NCBI RefSeq assembly: GCF_009914755.1
Contig: NC_060933.1
Source of the DNA: the human T2T-CHM13v2.0 reference genome, Homo sapiens
Reading direction: 5' to 3' (one strand)
Length of the DNA: 64,000 nt
In this document: one piece after another, positions 26,768 to 42,271 of the stretch
Layout of the letters: each line of letters starts with the position of its first letter
Position numbering within the stretch: the first letter of the stretch is position 1
Translations under genes and position numbers: made by a program
The notes under the pieces: model-generated
Told to the model about the DNA's origin: nothing
Database searches by the model: none
Seen by the model: the letters and a program-made list of their open reading frames with translations, nothing else

Positions 26768-28554
26768 TAGTTATATCAGACAGAGTCGGCCAGTGCAATT
26801 GTACAGGTGGGGAGACAGATTCCTAGTGCTTTCTATTCTACTGCCCTCCCAGGATCCTTTCTTCAGTTCTGTTTTTACAATTGATCTCAGTATGATGAAT
26901 CATATTTTACCTCAACACTACGTACCTCATAGATATATTGTGAAGCTTGTGTGAGAGTAAGCAAGCAATAGAGTTTGCCTTGCAAGCAGCTTTAAACTGT
27001 TTCTGGAACAATCTAAGGTAGAAGAAAAAGGACAGGAAGAAGAAAACACGGGAAAAGGCAGTCAATTTCATAGGAGTCTCTTGCCTGTATTTGTGGTATC
27101 CCTTTTTGAAACTAAATATATAGAGATTCAGAACATTACACTTGTGATTATTTTTAATCATAATTTGATTTTTTTCTGTTCCATTAGTTATCCATGCCAG
27201 CATTATGTCATCTTCAATTTTAATAAGCATGTCTGTCTTGTTTCTACCTGTGTTATTAATACAAATGATGATTGAACTGATGACCCCAATTTATCAAGGA
27301 AATATTAAATATGCTAATGAATAAATTTATTAATTTTAGAAAAATTTACTAAAAGTGATGCTTAAGTATGCTTTTTTGAATTTGTAGTTAAATGTTGGTT
27401 AATTTTTTTTATAAATTTGTAGGTTTTTAAAAAATGTTTTCCTAATATGCACTACCTTATCCCCTAACAATGTCAGCAAATGAAGAACTTACGTATATTG
27501 GTGAATGCATGCTAGTCTATATATTTTTCTGGAGGTATGATTGTAATGAGGGTAACAATACAGTTTACTGGCCATGTGCTATCTCCAGTGAAGCTGTAGT
27601 TTCTATTGTGACTCAGTTGGTCCATTAGATTAGATTAGAGATGAATTTTTAAAACTCCATTTCTCTTTACAATTACTTTGCATAAATAATCCAGGCTGGC
27701 CAGACCAAATGACTATTTTTGCTCTTGATATAATCTTTCAGACACAACTTTGAAGTCTTTGATAGGGAGATATTTTAAAATAAGTTTAACACATGCATCT
27801 TCTAAATACGACAATGTTATTAGAGACAAGGTTTTGCACTAGGTAATTCTTTTTTTAATATTCTGGCTTACAGAAAGACTTGCTTTTGATTTCTGTTTTA
27901 TTTGGTAGATATTTATGACCATAATAATAAATTTAAAATTTTATCTCATATCTTTTGATCTGAATTAGCACTGGAGATGGTGATATGTATGGAGGCTGTA
28001 ATATAAATATAGCTGCTAACTTCAAAGAACATACAACCTTTTGGAGAGCACAGACACATATGTAGTAATCATGGAAACTACATTTGTTTACTAAAGAAAT
28101 TATTAGTGAAATGGATAAAGTACTATAAAATCCTTGAATAGCCAAAGGCAATTTAAAGACGTGCAGTTTTTAAAGATAATTTTTAAGAGCTAACTCTCAA
28201 CATTTTTCCAACTACCTGTAGAAAACCACACACTATCCAAAAAGGCATGGTTTTTTCTTTCAGATATTTAGCACTTTGACATTCTGAGCATTCTCATAAT
28301 GAAATTAAATCCAAAAAAGGGTCTCTCTTCATGATCTCTTGAAGTCGTCCTCATTTGTCCCTAATATTTTTCATAATCACTATGGTGGCACTGAGGGTAG
28401 GAAATGCCAATATTATTACAGTTTCATAAAACAAACAATATTTAAGGAATACAGTGTTTCCAAACAGACAAATTTCTTTCAAAATAATTTCAAATGAAGC
28501 ATAAATTATTTTTTGCTTGTTAAAAGGCAGGAATATTTAGATAGAGTTAATGAA

Positions 28555-28862
28555 CGGTAGAGTTTTAGAGTGGAGAGTGTCCTTAAAATATCTAGACCTG
28601 TACTTCTAGTAGACAATAGCCAGATGGGCTATTTATAGTTAAATAAACTTAAAATTAAAAATTCAGTCCTTCAGTCACAGTAGCCTCATTTCAAGTGTTT
28701 GTTAGTTACATGTGAATAATGATACTGTATTGAACAGTACAGGAGAATTTCATTTATCACAAATTTCTACTGAGCAGTACTGGAGTTAAACTTAGGTATT
28801 TATAGAGAAGAAAACTGAGGCCCAAGGACATAATGTAACTTTCCCAAGGTAGCACAGCTATG
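28555..28862 (-). mobile_element. MIR interrupted by MER3
   Basis: GAGAAGAAAACTGAGGCCCA...ACTTTCCCAAGGTAGCACAGCTA core on the right; the remainder lies left of the MER3. Confidence 0.6.
28597..28782 (-). mobile_element. MER3 hAT-Charlie MITE
   Basis: AAAATTAAAAATTCAGTCCTTCAGTCACAGTAGCCTCATTTCAAGTG and TACATGTG...ACTGTATTGAACAG. Confidence 0.75.
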
Positions 28863-28965
28863 CTTTTCTAAACACAGAATGACACAAAGGAAACAGTAAC
28901 AAAGGGATAAAAGAAACCCAGTAGCTTCTGGAACTGCCAAGGTAGAGTTTAACAACGCACACTTA

Positions 28966-30037
<1,072 letters not shown>

Positions 30038-31440
30038 AGAGCTGAATCCCCTGATCGTTAGCAAGACCTGCCTGCCTGAATTTGGACGTTTAACAGGTTA
30101 CGCAATCAGTTTTAGAAGCAGAACACATTTCAACAAACTGTTGCCAGCTCCAAACTTGCAGCCATTGCTGTACTTAAAAATATGTTTATTAGTTGAATGT
30201 ACAGGGCACCACTCTGAAATGTAATGGTGCATCCTGCCCCAGAGAGATCAAGAAATCTTATGGGTGTTGTGCATATTTTAAAAGGTTGATTTTTTAAATG
30301 CTTCATGCAGACATCCAGGTATTAAGAGATTCCTGCCATTGCTTAATCAAACTGTGAAATCTTTTCTCACCTTGCAAGACAGTCCCTGCATTTTCATTAT
30401 TTTGTTGAAATCCGAATATTATTTTTCCATTCTCTGACTTGTTTTTTATCACAGTGTGATCAGCTATTGCCAGGGAAGGAAAGGTTAGATTTATCAATCA
30501 AAGTTCGCTGCAGGCCCTCGAAATAATTGAACCCTCAGGAGAAACAATCCTCATGTCTTCTTTTTCTGTTGTTTCAATATCTTCATAAAAAGTCATTTCA
30601 ATATTATTTGGTCCTGTAGCAGAGATTCTATGAAGTGCTTATCTTTCTTATAGGTCCAGAAAGCCTGTGAGTCCATGAATAGAGATGACTAAGGAGAGAG
30701 AGTGAGGAGAATGGAGAGAGGCTTACTGCTGAGGAAAGGACAATCTTATAACACCTCCTTGAGTCTGAGAGGCCACAGATACCCATAATTGAGCTAAGAA
30801 ACCTTTTGCACAAGTGAGGAGATGAATACCATGAAGTCAAGTCATCAATTTTTCCTCTAGAAACAGAAATGTCCTTATTTAATTCACCTCCTCCTCCAAC
30901 CCCAGAAAAGGGCCAGGAGCATCTACTGGGATGGATTATTGGCAGAAATGGAAGGAAAGGTGGTTGATGAGTCTAGTCTGCAGCAGGGAGACTGAGAAAC
31001 TGAAGCTGGCAGGTGTAAGGCAGGCTTTTCACCTATGTCGGCAAATAATAAGATGTTCTGGGAACACTAAGTACAGGTCAAAGAATGCTCATATAACTCC
31101 TTCAGGCCCCAAAAGGAGTAAGGAAGGTGAGGCAGAGAGGGGAAGGGGCCATTGATGGTATAATAATCATGATGGGATTTCACTCCGGAAAGGCCACCCA
31201 ATAGCTTCTATCGGTTCAATTTTTTTTTTCTGTCCTGCCTGTTCCTAGTGAGCCTCAGCTCATAGCTTCAAGGCCCCCTCTGCCATATGGCAGACTGTTG
31301 GTAAATATGCTGGCTTCATTCTGCTCTGTAGTAACCCAGATGGGAATCTTGACTCTATTTTGAGGTTTTAAAAAGAAATTCTATGCACCTAAAAGACTTA
31401 AAAAATACAGCAGCTTTGATTTAAGATTTGGAAATGGGAG

Positions 31441-31858
31441 GCTATCTTAGCCTGTTTTGTGTTGCTATAAAGGATCTGAGTCTGGGTAATTAATAAAGAA
31501 AAGAGGTTTATTTGGCTCACAGTTATGTAGGTGGTACAAGAAGCATAGTGCCAGCATCTGCTTCTGGTGAGGGCTTCAGAAAGTTTCCACTCATGGTGGA
31601 AGGAGAGAAGGAGCCAGCATCACATGCCCAGAGAAGGAGCAAGAGAGATAGAGGAGGAGGTGCCATGTTCTTTTAAATAATCGGATCTCATGGTAATGAA
31701 TAGAGTGAGAACTCCTCCATTACTGTGAGGACAGCACCAAGATGTTCATGAGTGATCCACTCCCATGACCCAGACACCTCCTACTAGGCTCCACCTCTAA
31801 CTTTGGGGATCGAATTTCTATATGAGATTTAGAGGGGACAAATATTCAAATTATATCA
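31441..31858 (-). mobile_element. MSTB-like MaLR solo LTR
   Basis: GTTGCTATAAAGGA, AAGAGGTTTATTTGGCTCAC and GCCAGCATCTGCTTCTGGTGAGGGC; ends GGGGACAAATATTCAAATTATATCA. Confidence 0.88.
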
Positions 31859-32808
31859 GTGACATTCTTGTGCTTTTCATCAGCACAAAGCTGCACAAAT
31901 ATTTCCCTTAATTTTCTCTGTCTCTTGCCTCCCATCTCTGTGTCTTAGCCTCTCCTTGGTGGACTATCTATGACAACTTCAAGTTCATTTTCATTTTGTA
32001 ATCCTGGAAACAACACCTGTCTGTGACTTAAGAAGATGCTCTCCTTTTAGATCAAGTGCTTGTTATTTTTCCACAGTGATATACATCACCCTAAAAGGGT
32101 TTATGGGGCCAGCTCTTAAATATATCATGGTTTCCCAATCCCTACATACGTACATTGAAAACTCTTCCTTGGTAACTGCTCCTGGCCTTGGTGTTCCTTG
32201 TGCTCCGTTGGTCTCATTTAGAAGCCATTCTTTTGTCCTTGCCTGGTGCTGGCCTCCTGCAGTGCTTAGGTCTGCCCTACTTCGGCTCTAGCAGGAACAG
32301 TAGTCACTGATGGGTGGTGCTCTAATTAGATGCTGCCTCACCTGACAACTTAGTCTCTCATCGGAATAACTATGCCTGATAACCATCTTGATAGTCTAGG
32401 CATAAGAATGCATATCTGCTCTACTAGAGCCCATTTAGCACAACCACCAGAACCCTTGGCTCCCAATGACCAAGTGGATGATAATTAGTGGTTATGTGGC
32501 AGTGTTCCATCCTTCATTATATAACCTTTAAAGTGGCCCAAAACACCTTTGCTAGGACCTCAGTATTTCACTAAGCATAGTGATACAGTTCTTTGAAATT
32601 TTAAAATTTATTTCCTTCTAATCAATAGAACATAGAGCATAAGCATATCACCAGGGATCTGGACCAGGGATGATCTGAAAATAGCTTTATTTAGAATCAT
32701 TACTCTCAGAGTATATGACTTCTTACTGAGTAAGTCTCAGAATACCTAGATTTTTTTCCCTTCAGTTATATCCTGGGAGGTCCCTAAAAAGAGATCTTAA
32801 TTACTAAT

Positions 32809-33315
32809 TGTGGTTGGGTGACAAATAACCTCCCCCCTCACCACCACCCCCAAAAAGAGATATCCACATCCCAATCTCTGGAAGCTGAGATTGTCACTTT
32901 AATTGGAATAAGAATCTTTGCAGTTGTGAATCTTGCAGTGGTGAATCTTGGGATGAGGGGTTATTCTGGGTTATGTGGGGGATCCCTAAATTCAATCACT
33001 AATGTTCCTGTAAGAACGAGGCAAAGAGGGGGTTGAAATGCATAGAAGAGGAGGAGGCAATGTGACTACAGAAGGGGAACTTGGAGTGATGTTTCCTGAA
33101 GCCAAGGAATGCTAGCAGCCTCTGGAAGCAGAAAAGGCAAGGAATGAATTCCTCCTTAGGGCCTCCAGATGGAGCATGGCCCTGCCAACACCTTGATTTG
33201 AGTCTCATAATATTAACTTCTGACTTCTGGTCTCCAGAACTGTGAGAAAATAAATAGTATTGTAAGCCCCCGAGTTTGTGTTAATTTGGTATGTAAATCA
33301 CAGGAAATATAAACA
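32809..33315 (+). mobile_element. MLT1C/D MaLR solo LTR
   Basis: TG...CA ends; GCCAAGGAATGC, GGCCCTGCCAACACCTTGATTT and CTTCTGGTCTCCAGAACTGTGAGAAAATAAAT. Confidence 0.88.
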
Positions 33316-33500
33316 TGGTTTTAGTTATCTCTTGTTGCATCATAAACTGCCCTAAAATTTAGCGGTGTAAAACAATAATTTATTATTATCTCTCACAGTT
33401 CTGTTAGCTGACTGGGCTCAGATAGGCAGTTTCTGACTGTGGCCTTTCATGAAGTTGCAATCAGATGTCCGTTAGGGATGGAGTCATCTAAAGACTCAAT
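33316..33500 (-). mobile_element. MLT1 (H/I-like) LTR fragment
   Basis: TTAGTTATCTCTTGTTGCAT...TTATCTCTCACAGTTCTG...GACTGGGCTCAG, similar to 2422-2560. Confidence 0.65.
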
Positions 33501-33964
33501 GTTTTGGAGTATTCATCATCACAGTATTTTTTTCTCATCTATTCTTTTGATGATTTTGTACATACACACACACATTAATAACACTAACTGTTATAAAATT
33601 AAAAGATCTCCTTTCAGAAGGCCACCATCAACACATATATTTCTCTTTAGTTTTTGGCACCTTATGTGTTTGCTTTCCCAGAAACAAGTTCACAATGTTA
33701 TTTTTAATAACTTTATTCTATTGTGTGAATATATCCATATTTATTTAATAAATGTTGAATTTTTATACCAAGTAAAATCTCTTTCAGGCCCCCATGCATA
33801 AGTTCTACTCTTTTTTGTCATTTTTCAGTACCCAAATTGTTCAGTTGAACCCTAATGACTATTTTGCCCCAGAATTCTATGGGTGAGCTCTACTGTGAAT
33901 AGGACATCACAAAATTCTCAAGTCTGTTTCCCTGCCAGACTCTCTCATCTACCATTTTTTCTCT

Positions 33965-36142
33965 GAAATAAAATGTTAATGAATTGTAGTATACTTATAG
34001 AAAAGTGCACAAGTCACAAGTATACAGTTCAATATAGTTTTACAGGGTGATCAAACCAGCTAAGCACATCCAGATCACAAAACAAAACATTCCCAGAGTT
34101 TTACAGATCCTCTCGTATCCTTTCAGTCACTTTGTACACCAGCATTCACCAGTGTAATCACTATTCCAAGTTCCATTATCTAATAGTCTTGCCTATTTTT
34201 GAAATGTATATACAGTAAAAGGAAACAATTATGTTTGTAAGATATACCCATGTCAATGCATATATCTGTAGTTTATTCATTCTCATTGCTGTAAAATTTT
34301 CCATTACATTGATAAACCATGATTTGTATACTCTGTGTAGGGATATTTGGTTTATGTTTAGCTTTTTCTATTACGAATAGTGCTTTTATGAAAAACTGCA
34401 TACATAAGTTTTGATGAACATATCTAGGCCTCTTTATAAAATTTATACTGAGGTGTGGGTTTGCTGAGTCACCAGTAGTGCCTAGTAACTTCATCTTAAT
34501 TATGTATTGCCAAACAGCTTTGAAAAATATTGTTCCCAATTGCCCTCCCATGAGTACTATATGAGAGTTCCAGGTGTTCCACATCTTCATTAATGCTTGG
34601 TATATTATCAGTTTAATCTTAGGCATTCTGGAGGTTAAGTAGTGAGATCTCATTGTTATTTTATTCTCATTTCTTTCATGACTGCTGAGGCTGAGCCCTT
34701 TTTATAACCTGTTGGCCATTTGGATATCTCCTTTTGTGAAGTGCATCTTCAGAGCTTTGCCCACTTTTTAATTGATTTTTTTCTGATTAATTTTTATATA
34801 TATAATAGATATATAATAATTAAACATATATAGAGAGAGAGCAAGAGAGAGACAGAGAGAGAGAGTGCAAATAATTTATTCCTCATTGCACGTTGGCCCG
34901 TTGCTTCTTTAATCATTCTTAAATTTAAAGTAGCACAATTTGTCTATCTTTTTTTATCCTGAATGATTTTTTGTGTACTTTGTGAAAAATTGTTGCCTAC
35001 CTCAAGGTTATGAAAATATTCTCCTATATTCTAGAATATTTCTTACATTGCCTTTCACATTTAGATCTACAATTAATCTAAACTGATTTTTGTGTGTTGA
35101 CTTAGAGGTTTCATTGTTTTCTCATGTGGAGATACAATTACCCTGGCACCTTTTATTACAAGGATAACCTTTTCTCCATTGAACTGAGTGCCACTTGTTA
35201 TAAATCAAATAGCCATGGGTATTTGAGTATGTTAATACACCCTCTATTTCATTCCATTGATCTATTTGTCTATTGTTGTACCAAACTACACTATCTTAAT
35301 TACAGTAGCTCTGTAGTAAGTCTTGTTACACAATAATGTTAAGTCCTACAATGTTAGAAATCTTCTTCAGGATTTCATTGTCTATTTGTGGGGCTTTGTT
35401 TCTAGGTACCTTTTAGAATGCCTATCACTATTAACCAACACTAGCACCACCACCACCAGTACCAACAATAAAAACCTGGTTGGAATTATAAATTTGATTC
35501 CAGTGAATCTATAAATTTGTGGAGAATTGACATCTTTAAAATATTTAGTCTTTCAATTCATGAACAAGACATATACTTACGTTTATTTAGAACTTCTGTA
35601 ATTTCTCTCAATAACAGTTTATACTTCTCTGCATTGAGATAGTGTCCATTTTTTATAGGTTGATTTATAGGTATTAGATGATTTGAGATTCCATTATAAC
35701 TGATATTTAAAAATTTTTAATTTCTAGTATTTTTGTTTTTGGTATAGAATTCTGCAATTGAATTTTTTTCTATATTGGCTTTTTATCCTGTAAACTTGCA
35801 AAATTATCTTATACATGGTTTATCTGTAGATTTTTTTCTGATTTTCCGTATAAAAATTTTGTCATTGGTAAATAATAACAAATTTCCCCTCATCATGTCT
35901 TTCCCTTATTGCCTCTTCTAGGGCACCAACCTAATAGAAGGTATGATAGTGGTTATCATTTTATTGCTTCCTATTTGAATCAAAGCTTGTCTTATTTTAA
36001 TCATGAAATTTTTCTATTTTTATGTCAAAATTCTTAATAGATTAAGAAAGCTCTCTTTTTCTAGTTTCCTATAAATTTTTAAAATAATATTTTGATGTTG
36101 AATTATGTCAAATGCCTTTTATGCATCTATGGAGATGATAAT
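33965..36142 (-). mobile_element. Ancient L1ME-type LINE-1 (3'UTR and ORF2 3' part)
   Basis: AGAAAAGTGCACAA...TATACAGTTCAAT 3'UTR; degraded antisense ORF2 (TTGGCCATTTGGATATCTCCTTTTGTGAAGTG, GGAGAATTGACATCTTT). Confidence 0.8.
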
Positions 36143-36149
36143 TGCTCCA

Positions 36150-39100
36150 GTGACTATATGAGGTCTGCAGATTCTTCCAGGAAGTAGTTTGTGTGTGCAT
36201 TGTGTATCCCAGCCTCTACAGGTCCCACCTCACAGACTGGCTCTTTAGTTATCGAGCTCTGGGAGTTGACTGGGCTCTGCATTCATGAGTTTCCCCAGAC
36301 CACAGAGACTAAAGAGATGGTTTTAAAATATACACACTTTTAGAGGCTATTCCAAGAGGCTCATAATGTGTAGTCTGAATAAGATTGAAGGCATTTACCC
36401 CAGACCCACTACCTGGATTAGTGCAAAATAAGTGAGAGACAAACTCCGACTCTCTACTTCTTCCCGAGGGTAGAAGGGACTGGAACACATGTTGAACACC
36501 CTAACTTTTCCACCTGTATCTTGAGGAACTGAATTCTTTCTTGCCTGTCTTGGGGCACTGACAAGGCATGGTATAACCTAATTTTCTGGGGCCACTGAGA
36601 ACAATGACAGCAGTTTGAACAAGCACAAAATTTTGAGAGGCATATATAACTCTGGCCAGGTTGATTGGGGAGATCTATCTCCTATCCATGGCACATCTTA
36701 CAAGACTGGGTGGGGGGTGGTCTTATCCTATGCACAGAAATTAACATAGAGAATGAAGTAAAACAGGGAAATATACTCCAAATAAAAGAATATAAATCCA
36801 GAAATCAAACCTAATGAAATGGAGATTTGCAATTTACCCAACAGAGAACTTAAAAGAACAATCATAAAGATACTCACTGAGGTCAGGAGAGAAATTATAA
36901 ACAAATTTATAATTTCAACAGAGATAGAAAATATTAAAAACCTACCAGACAGAAATTATAGAGCTTAAGAATACTATAACTGAAAAATCTAATACACAGG
37001 TTCATCAGCAGACTAGATCAAGCAGAAGAAATTATCAGTAAACCTGAAGCCAAGTTATTGGAAATAATTCCATCTGAGGAGCAAAAGGGAAAAAGAATAA
37101 AAAAGAGTGGAGGCAGTTTAAGTGACTTATGGAACACCATCAAGTGGAACAATGTGTTCACTATCAGAAATCCAGAAAGAGAAGAGATAAAGAAAAGGAC
37201 AGAAAACATATTCAAAGAAACAATGGCTAAAAATATCCCAAACCTAGGAAAAAGAAATCCAGATCCTAGAAGACCAAAGAATACAAAATAAGATGATTCC
37301 AAAGAAACCCATATCAAGACACATTATAATCAAATAGTCATAAGTTAAAGACAAAGAAAATTATGAAAACCGAGAGAGAAAGTGACTTGTTACATACAAG
37401 AGAACCTTCATAAGGCTATTGGTAGATTTTTCAAAAGAAAATTTGTGGGCCAGAAGAGAGTGGGATGATATATTTAAAATGCTGAAGAAACATGTCTCCC
37501 AGAACTTAAAATATTTTTTTAAATGCTGAAACAAATAACTAATAACCATTAATATTATACCCAATAAACCTATTATTCAAATGAAGATAAAGACTTTATC
37601 AAAGAAACAAAAGCTGAGAAAGTTTATCACCACAAGATCTGCCTTACAAGAAATATTAAAGGGAACTCTTTAAGTTGAAACAGAAGAGCACTAAAAAGCA
37701 ACATAAGGGATAAGAAATTACAAAACACATTGACAAAAGTAAATATATAGACACAAAGGGAATATCTTATTACTATAATAGTATTAAGTAAAGCAATTTT
37801 AACCCTATTGTAAAAGTTAAAAGACAAAAGTATTAAAACTACTATAATTAGATTATGTCAAATGGTACATAATATAAGCATTGTAAAATGTGACATAAAT
37901 AGCATATAATATGGGGGGAGGTAGAAGTGAATAATTCTTAAATTCTTGCAAGAGAAATTAAGTTATTTGCTTAAAATACACTGTTATAACTATATTTTAC
38001 GTAAGCCCCTTGGTAGCCACAAATAAAATACCTACAGAAATTACACAAAATAAAAACAAAAAGGAATCAAAACCTAGCAATACCAAGAAAACTCACAAGA
38101 ACAAACAAAAAAACAGAAAAGAATAAAATACAAATGATGACAGAAAGAGAGAAAATTGGGGGCAAATGAGTTAGAAGACAAGTAGAAAATAACAAAATGA
38201 CAATATTAAATTCTTTCCCATCAATAACTACTTTAAGTGTAAGTAGACTAAATGCCCCAATAAAAAGGTACAGAGTGAACAAATGAATGAAAAGCCAAGA
38301 TCCAACTATAAACTGTCCACAAGAAACTCACTTTATATTTAAAGACACATATAGGCTGAAATTGAAGGGATGAAAGAAAGATATTCCAGGCAAGTGGCCA
38401 CCAAAGAAATTAATGGTGGCTATAATTATACCAAAGTAGGCTTTTTAAGAAAAGCCACTCTGAAGTTCACTATGTAATGATAAAAAGGTGAATTCAGAAG
38501 AAATATGTAACGATTGTAAACATTTAGGCATACAACATCAGTGCTCTTAAGTACGTAAAGCAAATATTGGCAGATATGAAAGGAGAAATTGAGAGCAATA
38601 CACTAATATTATGATCACCAATACCCTACTTTTAATAATAGATAGAATATCCAGACAGAAATCAATAAACAATGAACTAGAACAACACTACACATTAAAT
38701 GGAATTGACAGACATATACAGAACTTTTTACCCAACAGCAGAATACACACTCTTATTGAGTGCACATGGAACATTCTCCATGACAGGTTACATGTTAGGT
38801 TACAAGACAAATTTTAACAAATTTAAGGAGGTTGATATATCAGATATCTTTTTTGACTGCAAGGGAATGAAACTAGAAATCAGAAATTGCAAGAAAATTT
38901 GAGAATTCACAAATAAGTGGACATTAAAAAAATTCTTGAAAAATCATTGAGTCAAAGAGGAAATCAAAAGTCCACTTAAAATTAAGATGCTTATAGTAAT
39001 TAAGTTAGAAATTAAATTTCATAGTAATAAACACCTACATGTAAAAAGAAGAAAGATCTTAATTAAACAACCTAACTTTACACTCTGAGGAACTAGAAAA

Positions 39101-42100
39101 GAACAAACTAAGCCCAAAGTTAGCAGAAGAAAAAAAGAACAAAACAGAAATTAATCAAACAGGGAATGGACAAACTATAGAAAAAATAAACTCAGGGTTT
39201 TTTGAAAATAGCAAACCATTAGCTAGGATGAATTACAAATAAAGTTATAGGACTCAAATAAAATCAGAAATGAAAGAGCAAACATTACAACAGATGCCCA
39301 GAAATGAAGAGGATCATAAGAATTTATTATCAGCAATAAAAAGTCAACAAGTTGGATAACTGAGGAGAAATGGGTAAATTTCTAGAAACACACAACCTAT
39401 TAATAGTGAAGCAAAACAAAATAGAAAGCCTAAACATACCAATAACAAAGAGACTGAAGTAATAATCAATTCCTGTCCCAATTCTCAACAAAAAAGCTCA
39501 GGACCAGATGGCTTTACATTTAAATTCTACCAAACATTAAAAGAAGAATTAATACCAATCCTCATTACTCTCTTCTTAAAAACAGAAGAAGAGGAAATAT
39601 GTTCAAACTTAATTTATGAGCCTGGCATCACTCTGATACCAAAGCTAGTCAAAGGCACTTCAAGAAAAAAAAACTATAGGCCAGTACCTCTAATGAGCAT
39701 AGATACAAAAATCCTCGATAAAATAATAGCAAACTGAATTTGACAACACATCGTATGATTATGTTTCATGACCAAGTGGGATTTATCCCTGGGATGCAAG
39801 TGTGATTTAAAATATTCAAATCAATCAATGTGATATACCGCATTAAGATAAAATCACATTATTTTATGAAAGATAAAAATCACATGATAATCTCAACAGA
39901 TGTAGAAAAATCATTTGATAAAGTTCAACATCCTTTCATTGTAAAAACTCTGAAAAAATGAGGTATAGAAGGAAATCTCAACATATTACAGGCTATTTAT
40001 GAAAAGCCCACAGCTAATGTCACAATCAATGAGAGAAAACCAATGGCTTTTCCTCTAAGATTTGGTGCAAGGCAAGGATGCCCACTCTTATCATTTTTAT
40101 CAAGCATAGTATCATCACTTCTATCAAACATAGTACTGGAAGTACAAGCAGGAGAAATCAAACAAGAAAAAGATATAAAGGCACCCAAACTTGAAAGGAA
40201 GAATACAAATTATCCTTGTTTGCATATGACATGATGGTACACGTAGAACACTCTAAAGACTCCACAAAAACCTGTTAGAACTAATAAATGAATTCCATAA
40301 TGTAGCAGAATACAAAATTAACATACAAAAGTAGTTGCTTTTGTAACACCAAAAATGAGCTATTCAAAAGAGAAATCAAGGAATTAATCCCATTTATAAC
40401 AGCATCAAAAATAATAAAATACTTAGAAATAAATTTAACCAAGTCAGTAAAAGACCTGTATAGTAAAAGCTGTAAAATACTGATGAAAGAAATTAAAGAA
40501 GAAAAAAATGGAAACATATTTCATGTTCATGGATTGAAAGAATTAATATTGTTAAAATGTCCAGACTATCCAAAGCAATATACAAATGTAATATCATCCC
40601 TATTAAAATTCCAATGGCATTTTTCACAGAAATAAAAAAAAAAACTCTAAAATTTATACAGAACCACAAAGACCTGAAATAGCCAAAGCAATCTTGAGAA
40701 AGAAAAACAAACTTGAAGGCATCATACTCCTTGATTTCAATCATATTACAAAGCTATAATAATCAAAATAATATAGTCCTGGCATAAAAACAGACATATA
40801 GACCAATGGAACAGAATAGAGAGTCCAGAAATCAACTCAGGAATATACACTTAACTAATTTTCAACAAGGCCACCAAGAAGACAGAATGGGAAAAGGATA
40901 GTCTCTTAGATACGTGGTGTGGGAAAAACTGGATATCCACATGCAGAAGAATAAAACTGGACTCTTACCGTACACCACAAACAGAAATCAACTCAAAATA
41001 AGACTTAAAATGGGAAAACTCCAAGAAGAAACCACAGGGAATAAGCTCCTTGATTTTGGCCCTGCCAATGTTTTGGATATCACACCCAAAGCTCAGGCAA
41101 CAAAAGCAAAAATAAATGAGAATATATCAAATTACAAATCTTCTGCACAGTAAAGGAAGCAATCAACAAAAATAAAAAGGAAAACTGTGGATTGAAAGAA
41201 AATATTTGGAAAGTATACATGCAGTAAGGGATTAATATGCAAAGTATATTAGGAACTGATACAAATTGATAGTGGAAAACAAAAATAGAATATCAACCTG
41301 ATTAAAAAATGGGTAAAGACCTAAATAGAGATTTTCCCAAAGATAACATAAAATAACCAATAGGAATAGGTGCTCAACATTGCAAATCAACAGGAAAATG
41401 CAAATCAGAACTACAGTGAGATACCATCTCACACCCAATAGGATGGCTATTGTCAAGAAGACAAGAGATAACAAGTGTTGGCTAGGAAGAAGAGAAAAAG
41501 GAACCCTTGTATACTGTTGGAGGGAATGTATAGTAGTACAGCCATTATTGAAAACAGTATGGAAGTTCTTCAAAAAATTACAAATAGCACTATCTTATTA
41601 AAAATAGCAATCTCTCTACTTGGTATGGAAACAAAGGAGTTGAAATCAGCACTTCATAGAGATATTTGTACTCCAATGTGTACTGCAATGTGTTCATTGC
41701 AGTATTATTCACAATAGGCAAGATATGGAAACAACCTAAGTGCCCTTGATGGATGAATGGATACAGAAATTGTGCATATGTAACGAAAATGTAATGAAAT
41801 AATATTCAGCTTTAAAATATGAGATACTCCTATTTGCAACAACATGGATGAACTTGGAGGACATTATACTAAGTGACCTAAGTCAGACACAAAAGAAAAA
41901 TATTGTATGATCTTATTTATATGTGGAATCTAAAAAAATTTGAACACATAGAAATAGAGTGAGATGGTGGTTACCAGAGTTGTGGAAGAAACGGAAATGG
42001 GGTTATGTAGGTCAAAGGGTACCAACTTACAGTTATGTAGAATAAGTAAGTCTGGAGATCCAACATGAGCATGAGGACTATAGTTCATAAGATTTTATTG

Positions 42101-42271
42101 TATACTAGCAATTACTAAAAAGGTATATTCTAGGTGCTTCTACCACAAAAAGAAGAAAGGTAACTATGTAAGGTGATGAGTATGTTATTGATTATGGTAA
42201 TAATTTCACTATGTATATGTACATAAACATCATGTTGTATACCTTAAACATATACAGTTTAAAAAAAAAAA
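36150..42271 (+). mobile_element. Near-full-length L1MA8/9-like LINE-1, inactive
   Basis: 5' region at 36150-36740; ORF1 remnant (EEQKGKRIKKSGGSLSDLWNTIK at 37058-37291); ORF2 from the ATG at 38197 ([38 protein letters not shown]); L1MA 3'UTR and poly(A) at 42261-42271. Confidence 0.88.

Noticed and set aside
30930-32700. Moderately GC-richer unique-looking DNA around the MSTB LTR, possibly old ERV internal sequence
   Set aside because: No convincing gag/pol motifs could be read in any frame; left unassigned.
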